Positions 58,410 through 64,000 of a DNA stretch of 64,000 nt are shown here, in pieces. The notes below the pieces were generated by a model, which did no database searches, was not told the DNA's origin, and worked only from the letters and a program-made list of their open reading frames with translations. The translations under genes and the position numbers were made by a program. Origin of the DNA: a virus. Taxonomy: Duplodnaviria; Caudoviricetes. The DNA lies in the IMG/VR virus record IMGVR_UViG_3300017913_001710, positions 1,219 through 65,218 of that record; one strand, given 5' to 3'. The number at the start of each line of letters is the position of its first letter. The first letter of the stretch is position 1.

Positions 58410-58968
58410 CGAATGTAGGGATAATTTCTTACCCCCACAAACTTTTCAACTAGAAATTAACATTTCTGTAGAAGGTGAGGGCTGTATGCTATACCTATAA
58501 AGGATTTGTTTTTTTATTAGATATGCTTGTTTACTTTTCACATCACCTTTAGCGGTGAACGTAACTAACTTTAGACAATTGTCTTGTATGCATTTCTTGA
58601 TATCCTCAGGGTAAAACCATTTGTATTCAATGCCATCCCATATAACCCAATAATCTGCCTTGGTTGTAGATAGGGCTGATGGCTTTCCATCGAACGTAAC
58701 TTCGATTACGATATTTCCCGTTTCTTGACTCATCTCGTCTAGTTTGACTTCGACTGCGATGTTTTTCTCAGGAACATAGATGTCCCACTCTTTGAAATAC
58801 CCCTCCTGCATGTATGCTTTAGGGTACTTAGTATGTATCATGTCTAGAACATTTTTCTCTATCTGTTTTCCTCTCTCTAAATCTTGATAAAATGTCTGCA
58901 TATGATAACGAATGTAGGGATAGATATTTACCCCTACAAACATTATCAACAGAAATTAACAAACTCTG
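58410..58968. repeat. About 60-bp imperfect direct repeats (58410-58468 and 58909-58968) flanking the nuclease gene
   Basis: CGAATGTAGGGATA...TACCCC.ACAAAC...TCAAC.AGAAATTAACA...CTG in both copies. Confidence 0.75.
58446..58901 (-). CDS. PD-(D/E)XK nuclease-like protein
   Basis: G...E...WDI......VEVK.D....TGNIVIE; start at MQTFYQ. Confidence 0.65.
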   Translation of the reverse strand: MQTFYQDLERGKQIEKNVLDMIHTKYPKAYMQEGYFKEWDIYVPEKNIAVEVKLDEMSQETGNIVIEVTFDGKPSALSTTKADYWVIWDGIEYKWFYPEDIKKCIQDNCLKLVTFTAKGDVKSKQAYLIKKQILYRYSIQPSPSTEMLISS

Positions 58969-59405
58969 AATCCATTTGCCTCCTCCAAGAACGTAATGAA
59001 CCGCTTCAGATTCTCCACGTCAAACACGTAGCTTTGCGTGTCGTCTTCGTACTGCTCCACAAGGGTGTGCAACCTATCACGGTCACGTAAAAGTTCCTTG
59101 AGACCGTCGCAAATAACCTTAGACGTGTGTCTGTCAATAGTTCTTCCATCGTTGAAGCTTAGAGTGGCTTCACGGTTTTTCGTGTAGGCACCCTTCTCGA
59201 CCAATACAGCGCAAATGAGGTGCGCTAGAGGTCTCCAGTACCAAACGTTGTTTCTGAAGTAGTACCCCTTGTTACTGTCGTAGAATTTTTCCATTTCAGT
59301 AAAATACTTGTCCCACTTCGGGCTTTTAAATTCCACTTGACCTTTTGGTCTGCGTGGTTTTCTTGTGTTGAGAACTGGTTTTAGTCCATAGATGTCGAAA
59401 CCCAT
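58956..59405 (-). CDS. Early hypothetical protein
   Basis: Start MGFDIYG lies 26 nt after the repeat motif; GYYFRNNVWYWRPL. Confidence 0.65.
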   Translation of the reverse strand: MGFDIYGLKPVLNTRKPRRPKGQVEFKSPKWDKYFTEMEKFYDSNKGYYFRNNVWYWRPLAHLICAVLVEKGAYTKNREATLSFNDGRTIDRHTSKVICDGLKELLRDRDRLHTLVEQYEDDTQSYVFDVENLKRFITFLEEANGFRVC

Positions 59406-59419
59406 AGTATAGATATTTA

Positions 59420-59451
59420 AGATTAGTATATGAAGCAGGGGCAATGCCCCT
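59420..59451 (-). promoter_or_regulatory. Early intergenic element copy 1 (hairpin + GCTTC/ATATACTAATCT)
   Basis: + strand AGATTAGTATATGAAGC at 59420-59436; stem AGGGGC/GCCCCT. Confidence 0.85.
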
Positions 59452-59455
59452 AAAA

Positions 59456-59806
59456 TCAACAAGAGTTCGGATAGTATTTATCCTCGTCATTGTTGTTCGC
59501 CCACTCACACGCTTTGTCGTTGACGTTGTAGTGCGTTTCTGATACATAGTAACCGTAGTCACGCCACCATCTGAGTTCCCTTTCAAGCGTGGATTCCTCC
59601 TTTGTTTTGCAGTTCATTATAACTTCCTCAAACAAATCGTGTAATTGGTTGTAATAGTCCTGCGCTTGCTCTGTTAGCACGTTAACTCCTGTTTCGTCTA
59701 CACGATACATTTTGTTATCGTCCCCATAAGATTGCTTGAATAATCCCCTAAGGCTTTTTGTAGTTAGTTCATCAGCCAGTTCTGTAACGTTGATTGTTGC
59801 ATTCAT
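59456..59806 (-). CDS. Early hypothetical protein
   Basis: Start MNATIN lies 26 nt after the motif. Confidence 0.6.
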   Translation of the reverse strand: MNATINVTELADELTTKSLRGLFKQSYGDDNKMYRVDETGVNVLTEQAQDYYNQLHDLFEEVIMNCKTKEESTLERELRWWRDYGYYVSETHYNVNDKACEWANNNDEDKYYPNSC

Positions 59807-59820
59807 TTTAGATATATTTA

Positions 59821-59857
59821 AGATTAGTATATGAAGCAGGGAGCTTAAGGTGTCCCC
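59821..59857 (-). promoter_or_regulatory. Early intergenic element copy 2
   Basis: Exact 17-mer at 59821-59837; imperfect GGGA/TCCC stem. Confidence 0.85.
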
Positions 59858-59871
59858 AAACCTTTCAAGCA

Positions 59872-60357
59872 TTAAAGCTTGTACAGTATTAAATAACCAT
59901 CGTTACAATATCCATCGGTATGACCTTCTGTATATAACTCGTCTAGCCACCCCGTAAAGGTGTTTTCGTCGGCTTCTAAATTGCTTAACAGTTCGCTGTC
60001 TTTGCTTAGGTCATTAGTTATTCCTAAAAACTCTTCATGAGTCAGTAGTTTAACATCGTTAGTGTCGGGTTGGATTAGTAATCCATAGTTTCCTTTTACT
60101 GGCATAAAGTGTATAGCCCCGTGGTCTTTTCCGATTTCGGCATGTATGGCATTCGTTGTTACGCCTTCGTGGTAGGTTACTTTAACCTCTTCACTTCCTA
60201 GTGATGGCAAGTATCTCCTAGCAAATTGTGCTCTCGCTAATTCTAAGGCGTTGTAACGTGCGTTGTCCTCGGTCATGTCAGTATATGTAACATCCTCGAT
60301 GATTCCGCTATCTGAGTAGCCCTCACCGTTCCAAGTGTCAATAATAATGTATCGCAT
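59872..60357 (-). CDS. Early hypothetical protein
   Basis: 161 aa; ATG 25 nt after the motif. Confidence 0.6.
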   Translation of the reverse strand: MRYIIIDTWNGEGYSDSGIIEDVTYTDMTEDNARYNALELARAQFARRYLPSLGSEEVKVTYHEGVTTNAIHAEIGKDHGAIHFMPVKGNYGLLIQPDTNDVKLLTHEEFLGITNDLSKDSELLSNLEADENTFTGWLDELYTEGHTDGYCNDGYLILYKL

Positions 60358-60370
60358 AATATATAAGTTA

Positions 60371-60411
60371 AGATTAGTATATGAAGCCTAGTTAGAATTG
60401 CTCCTAACTAG
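60371..60411 (-). promoter_or_regulatory. Early intergenic element copy 3
   Basis: Exact 17-mer at 60371-60387; 8-bp stem CTAGTTAG/CTAACTAG. Confidence 0.85.
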
Positions 60412-60442
60412 ATGTTAACTAGCCTATGCCAGTCGGTTTGTT

Positions 60443-60613
60443 TTAGAACACTTTCTCCCCTTTTTTTGAGAACGAGAAACTCTCTATCTCGTCACATTCT
60501 AACTGCTCCATGCATTCCCAATATATTTTTGTCCTTTTGGGATAGGTGCAGTACTTCAGGTAGTGTTTTTGTTTTCCTCTCATGTCAACCGTAGTGAATA
60601 CGTACAAGTGCAT
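60443..60613 (-). CDS. Early small protein (56 aa)
   Basis: Start MHLYVF lies 26 nt after the motif. Confidence 0.55.
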   Translation of the reverse strand: MHLYVFTTVDMRGKQKHYLKYCTYPKRTKIYWECMEQLECDEIESFSFSKKGEKVF

Positions 60614-60627
60614 AGTTTTTAGTTTTA

Positions 60628-60665
60628 AGATTAGTACATGAAGCAAGGGATTTTTACCGATCCCT
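60628..60665 (-). promoter_or_regulatory. Early intergenic element copy 4
   Basis: AGATTAGTACATGAAGC at 60628-60644; stem AGGGAT/ATCCCT. Confidence 0.85.
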
Positions 60666-60677
60666 AGGCGGTGTTTT

Positions 60678-60968
60678 CTACCAACAATGTTCCATCGACC
60701 AATGTGGGTTTTTAGGATTGAAGTCCTCATCTAGCTTGACCTCCCTGATTGATATGCGAATATCATCATCACAGTTTGACCTGTATAAATCATCATACTC
60801 TTCGGGGTCTTCATAGAACCTGATGGTATCCTTGTACTGTAAAGTACGTTTCTTCTCAACGTCCACAAGTGAACGGAAGTGTTGTTTTGCTTTTACTTCA
60901 CTAGCATAGACTTGAAACTGATTCTCGCTGTGTGAATGCATCATGTAGGTAACAACGTAAACTTTCAT
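60678..60968 (-). CDS. Early hypothetical protein
   Basis: 96 aa; ATG 26 nt after the motif. Confidence 0.6.
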   Translation of the reverse strand: MKVYVVTYMMHSHSENQFQVYASEVKAKQHFRSLVDVEKKRTLQYKDTIRFYEDPEEYDDLYRSNCDDDIRISIREVKLDEDFNPKNPHWSMEHCW

Positions 60969-60982
60969 AATAGATATAATTT

Positions 60983-61019
60983 AGATTAGTATATGAAGCA
61001 TGGAGACTTACGTCCCCAT
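60983..61019 (-). promoter_or_regulatory. Early intergenic element copy 5
   Basis: Exact 17-mer at 60983-60999; 8-bp stem with 1 mismatch and a GUAA (GNRA) loop on the RNA. Confidence 0.85.
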
Positions 61020-61274
61020 TCGAGTCCATGCATTGTTCTTGCAGAACTCACCAATGGCATCACCATTAGCCTTGATTTTCTCGTAGTTCTCTACGTGATT
61101 CATCACCGTGTCGATAGCCTCCTGCTCATCGGCTAGGTTGATGTGTGGAGTTGAGAATCCACCAAAAAGTTTGATGGTGTACCCGAACTCACTTGTCTTC
61201 TTGCCAAACGGTGTGTACGTGCCGTTTTTGTACTCGAACATCTCATTCTTTGTGTCTTGCATTTTTGGTTGCAT
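61008..61274 (-). CDS. Early hypothetical protein
   Basis: 88 aa; ATG 26 nt after the motif. Confidence 0.6.
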   Translation of the reverse strand: MQPKMQDTKNEMFEYKNGTYTPFGKKTSEFGYTIKLFGGFSTPHINLADEQEAIDTVMNHVENYEKIKANGDAIGEFCKNNAWTRMGT

Positions 61275-61288
61275 AATAGATATAGTTT

Positions 61289-61325
61289 AGATTAATATGT
61301 GAAGCAAGGGAGGGTTTCCCCTCCC
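61289..61325 (-). promoter_or_regulatory. Early intergenic element copy 6
   Basis: AGATTAATATGTGAAGC at 61289-61305; RNA hairpin GGGAGGG-GAAA-CCCUCCC. Confidence 0.85.
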
Positions 61326-61331
61326 ATACTG

Positions 61332-62273
61332 TTACCCTAGGATGTAGGCACTAGCTTTGGTAGCTTGTTGCATTGCGAAGAAGCATTGCTTTGGCTTGTC
61401 CTTGAATCGCTTGACCCATCCTTTGATGTAGGCGATGCTGTTCTGTTCTGTATCCTTCGGATTCAGTCCCACAAAGCCTTCTAGATACATAGAACTAATC
61501 TCTGCGACTAGTTCCTCTTGTGCATAGGTGTCATCCCCCCACTTGTTGACGTCTAGAAGTGTACTTCTATTCAGTCTAGACTCGTGACCAGTTGAGTGTG
61601 CCAGTTCGTGGAAGAGTGTCTTGTAGTAGCTGTCGCTGTCTACGAACGTCTCAATCTTTGGCATGTTCACTACGTCATCACTTGGTCTGTAGTAGGCTTG
61701 GTCTACCTTATGCACTAGCTTGAGGTTTCCGTCTCTGTCGATGTACGACTGGACGAGGTTCTCAGCTACTTCAATCGGTTGGTTATCGTTGCCGTTGTCC
61801 TCGATTTCTTCGAGTGGCTCAATGCCTTCCGTTTGCCCTATATTAAACACCTTGTAGTACATCCATGTGAATGTCTCACGGTATCGGGCAATCTCCTCTC
61901 CTTTGTCGTTTGTAATCGTCTCGTTGAGGTTGACTTCTTTGATTTCTGCAGGTTTCAAGTACTTGCCAGTCTTCATGTCCTGATAGCCTATTTTCATTAG
62001 GTAGACATCAGTTGATTTACTGCCTTTTATGATTGTTCCTCCAAGGCTTTTTACTTGCTTGAAGGTCAACCATTGGTTGTACTGGAATCCGTTTGACATC
62101 ATCTCGAAGTTCAGGAAGAAGACGTTGAAACCGTTGTAGTAACGTCCCGTGACACGGTTGCGAGGTGCATTCGCTTGTCCTGATTTCCATGGCTTAAACC
62201 ACTTCATCCCTTTCTTGCTGATTCCCTCGATAACTGCATCGTTCACCTTTTTGATAATTGCATCTTGATTCAT
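61332..62273 (-). CDS. ardC: ArdC-like antirestriction/ssDNA-binding protein with zincin domain
   Basis: KPW...PRNRVTGRYYNGFN...QWLTFKQ...GG.IIKG N-domain; YYRPSDDVVNMP...YYKTLFHELAHSTGH..RL.R...YAQEELVAE C-domain. Confidence 0.85.
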   Translation of the reverse strand: MNQDAIIKKVNDAVIEGISKKGMKWFKPWKSGQANAPRNRVTGRYYNGFNVFFLNFEMMSNGFQYNQWLTFKQVKSLGGTIIKGSKSTDVYLMKIGYQDMKTGKYLKPAEIKEVNLNETITNDKGEEIARYRETFTWMYYKVFNIGQTEGIEPLEEIEDNGNDNQPIEVAENLVQSYIDRDGNLKLVHKVDQAYYRPSDDVVNMPKIETFVDSDSYYKTLFHELAHSTGHESRLNRSTLLDVNKWGDDTYAQEELVAEISSMYLEGFVGLNPKDTEQNSIAYIKGWVKRFKDKPKQCFFAMQQATKASAYILG

Positions 62274-62286
62274 AATATAGATATTT

Positions 62287-62321
62287 AGATTAGTATATGA
62301 AGCTGGGGAGACATGCTCCCC
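62287..62321 (-). promoter_or_regulatory. Early intergenic element copy 7
   Basis: Exact 17-mer at 62287-62303; stem GGGGAG/CTCCCC. Confidence 0.85.
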
Positions 62322-62327
62322 GTTGTA

Positions 62328-62579
62328 CTAGATAATGTAGCGCATTCTGTTGTGTAGGAACCAGTAAGCCTCCTGCACTCCATCAGCTGAACCTAAGTCT
62401 ACTTTGCACTCTTCGTGTATTGCTCCTCTCTTCCATCCAGTCATGTAGAATCTGAAAGATATTTGATTCACGTGAGGCGAGTAGTCAACGAATAATTGAG
62501 CGTTGCTTATCCTATCTCTGTCGGCATTGTCAATGATTGCTTGGCTAACGAGTTCCATAAGTTCTTTAATAGTTTTCAT
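62328..62579 (-). CDS. Early hypothetical protein
   Basis: 83 aa; ATG 28 nt after the motif. Confidence 0.6.
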   Translation of the reverse strand: MKTIKELMELVSQAIIDNADRDRISNAQLFVDYSPHVNQISFRFYMTGWKRGAIHEECKVDLGSADGVQEAYWFLHNRMRYII

Positions 62580-62594
62580 AATAGATATAAATTA

Positions 62595-62631
62595 AGATTA
62601 GTAATGTGAAGCAAGGGGTCGTTGTGACCCC
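62595..62631 (-). promoter_or_regulatory. Early intergenic element copy 8
   Basis: AGATTAGTAATGTGAAGC at 62595-62612; stem GGGGTC/GACCCC. Confidence 0.85.
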
Positions 62632-62638
62632 GTTGTAC

Positions 62639-62770
62639 TTATCGACTCAAAACCTCCCGTACTTCAGTGCTGAGATTCTTGCACACATCCAAGAAGGTGT
62701 CCTCTGTGATGTTGTCGTTTAAAAGTTCTTGTGAAGCTAAGTTGATTAGAAATAATACATCAGATTGCAT
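62639..62770 (-). CDS. First early ORF (43 aa, not in track)
   Basis: MQSDVLFLINLASQELLNDNITEDTFLDVCKNLSTEVREVLSR; ATG 28 nt after motif copy 9. Confidence 0.55.
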   Translation of the reverse strand: MQSDVLFLINLASQELLNDNITEDTFLDVCKNLSTEVREVLSR

Positions 62771-62785
62771 AATAATAGATTTTTG

Positions 62786-62825
62786 TGATTAGTAATGTGA
62801 AGCGAGGTGTACCGTAGCACACCTC
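62786..62825 (-). promoter_or_regulatory. Early intergenic element copy 9 (cis substrate of the hammerhead)
   Basis: TGATTAGTAATGTGAAGC at 62786-62803; 7-bp stem GAGGTGT/ACACCTC. Confidence 0.85.
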
Positions 62826-62916
62826 AGTTTTGCTTTTCGACCTATCAGGTACTACCTAACGGTAGCCCATGGTTTTATCTCCCATGGCTCATCAGACATA
62901 CTTGTAATCTTATCTA
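62787..62916 (-). ncRNA. Hammerhead ribozyme (type I topology, atypical branched stem II)
   Basis: Arm AGAUU-ACA-AGUAUGU (62910-62896), CUGAUGA (62895-62889), G62888:C62839 closing pair, GAAA (62838-62835), AGC. AAGC pairs GCUU and the arm pairs the sequence after the UUC triplet. Confidence 0.7.
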
Positions 62917-63078
62917 ATTTCGTTTGACCTACCATCCTGTCTCGGTTGGCTCCACCTACGGTGGGACTCGCTGTTACCTTGTCGTGCTACGCCTGTTTTA
63001 CTACCACATCGTAGTGTGGCACTGGGTAGCCTGCCGAAGGGCTGAGTGAGTGGGTCAGTATTTCAAAGAGCGATGCCC

Positions 63079-63111
63079 CAAAGATATAACAATGAGTTCG
63101 AATCTACCAAA
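63079..63111 (-). promoter_or_regulatory. Leftward (early) Bacteroidota-type promoter
   Basis: -33 TTTG (63111-63108), 21-nt spacer, -7 TATCTTTG (63086-63079); predicted TSS about 63072. Confidence 0.7.
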
Positions 63112-63613
63112 TATTTTTTAAACTTTTTTTAGAATCCTAGGTTTTACGGGGGCTCACAAGGCATATTTTTTTTTCGCAGGGTTGACTACAACTGGCAAAA
63201 ACACCACAAACACTAGCTGAGCCCTTGCCACCATTGACTTAACCTGCATTTCTTAACATTTCTTTAGCTGTTACTGGACGCAATGATACGACATGGAACG
63301 TTTAGTGTATTGTAGAATATAAGAGGTGGTTATGACGTGCCTCTTAGCATGAGCTAGTAGGACACCGTCCCCCATGGAGGGGGTAAACGTCAAAAGTTTT
63401 GCTGTGGGTCCAGTATGGTGGTGGGGGGTGGGGTTTAGGATTGCGTTTTTCTGTAGCGGTACGTCGTGCGGAAATACATACTAACCCACTACTTCTATAT
63501 ATCTAACGTGGCACAGAAATACGACATTAGCTGTACTAGTAATTAGGTGTACAGTTACTTGTCATGTTTTTACGCCACATATGTTAGTTGTTGGTGGAAT
63601 GAAATATGATGTC

Positions 63614-63621
63614 TATCTTTG
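63614..63621 (+). promoter_or_regulatory. Rightward Bacteroidota-type -7 element (TATCTTTG)
   Basis: Diverges from the early promoter; TTG about 20 nt upstream. Confidence 0.6.
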
Positions 63622-63643
63622 TAGTCTCATAGGAACTTCGGTT

Positions 63644-63700
63644 GAACCTCTAGACTGCATGTATGTAAACGCACTCGGATCTAGGGGTTCTTCTTTTTTT
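63644..63700 (+). terminator. Hairpin plus U-tract shortly after the rightward promoter (attenuator or sRNA end)
   Basis: GAACCTCTAGA/TCTAGGGGTTC 11-bp stem (one G-U), then TTCTTTTTTT. Confidence 0.5.
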
Positions 63701-63738
63701 GGCATCTAGGGGGTCTATATTTTCATTATCTTTACAAA

Positions 63739-63885
63739 ATGGAAATAAGGATAATTATACAACCACCCTATGCGTTCTTAGTAGGATTCGAGGCAGTAAA
63801 CAGAATAGACCAGGATGATAGTATTGTGGTTGATGGAGTGGCATTTCACTTCCTATTAATAAGTGTAGAGTTTAGATGGAACTAA
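63739..63885 (+). CDS. Small hypothetical protein (48 aa, not in track)
   Basis: MEIRIIIQPPYAFLVGFEAVNRIDQDDSIVVDGVAFHFLLISVEFRWN. Confidence 0.45.
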   Translation: MEIRIIIQPPYAFLVGFEAVNRIDQDDSIVVDGVAFHFLLISVEFRWN

Positions 63886-64000
63886 AGACTAGGACTAGTT
63901 GCTTTCTTAATGAGTTTTACTTTGATCAGTTTCTTGTGTGTTTTAAAAGCTACAAGTACTATGGCAACACTAGACAGTTTCGGGTGTATAACTACGACAA
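63876..64000 (+). CDS. Hypothetical protein, 3'-truncated by window edge
   Basis: MELKTRTSCFLNEFYFDQFLVCFKSYKYYGNTRQFRVYNYD..., open to the end of the window. Confidence 0.45.
   Translation, partial: MELKTRTSCFLNEFYFDQFLVCFKSYKYYGNTRQFRVYNYD

Noticed and set aside
58410-58968. Direct repeats as extra hammerhead substrates
   Set aside because: They read CAUUCG rather than GCUUCA and do not pair with either arm.
59420-62825. Nine-copy repeat read as a CRISPR array or integron attC array
   Set aside because: Spacers are whole genes of 130-940 bp; no cas or integrase gene is present; the repeat is not palindromic and has no attC R/L boxes. Complementarity to the leader explains it better.
59420-62825. 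Repeat read as N4-type hairpin promoters for a virion RNA polymerase
   Set aside because: Loop sizes vary from 3 to 8 or more nt without a conserved loop sequence, no vRNAP is visible, and variant positions track RNA G.U pairing with the leader. Not formally excluded without TSS data.
62839-62848. Second CUGAUAG just before GAAA as an alternative catalytic core
   Set aside because: It does not fit CUGANGA, leaves no room for stem II, and has no stem-I arm.
63094-63107. GAGTTCGAATCTAC resembling a tRNA T-arm
   Set aside because: No acceptor, D or anticodon stems; it lies in the spacer of the leftward promoter. No tRNA genes were found in the window.

Overview
The window is most of a tailed-phage genome (podovirus-like, crAss-like virion module), very likely infecting Bacteroidota/Flavobacteriia: TAnnTTTG promoter motifs recur at gene-block starts and Shine-Dalgarno sites are not evident. 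The + strand (1-48017) carries a truncated radical SAM/SPASM gene, groEL-groES, small basic proteins, an M15 endolysin and holin, tail fibres, terminase, portal, scaffold, major capsid, tail ring/muzzle and ejection proteins. The - strand (62770 to 48319) carries early genes (ArdC and small ORFs), a Red-like recombination set, a DnaA-domain-IV protein, an initiator with internal 11-bp iterons, a primase-helicase, a metallophosphoesterase and a resolvase. Divergent promoters lie at about 63080 and 63615. Two candidate novel systems stand out. (1) The early-transcript leader contains a hammerhead-ribozyme core (CUGAUGA...GAAA). Its binding arms pair with a GCUUC/AUAUACUAAUC motif repeated nine times, once 25-28 nt upstream of each early gene, suggesting one ribozyme that processes many sites in a polycistronic mRNA. 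(2) A glycosyltransferase resembling plant SERGT1/HPAT enzymes sits among virion proteins carrying mucin-like (Thr-Ser)n stalks, suggesting phage-encoded O-glycosylation of the virion. All assignments come from reading the sequence; no searches were run.
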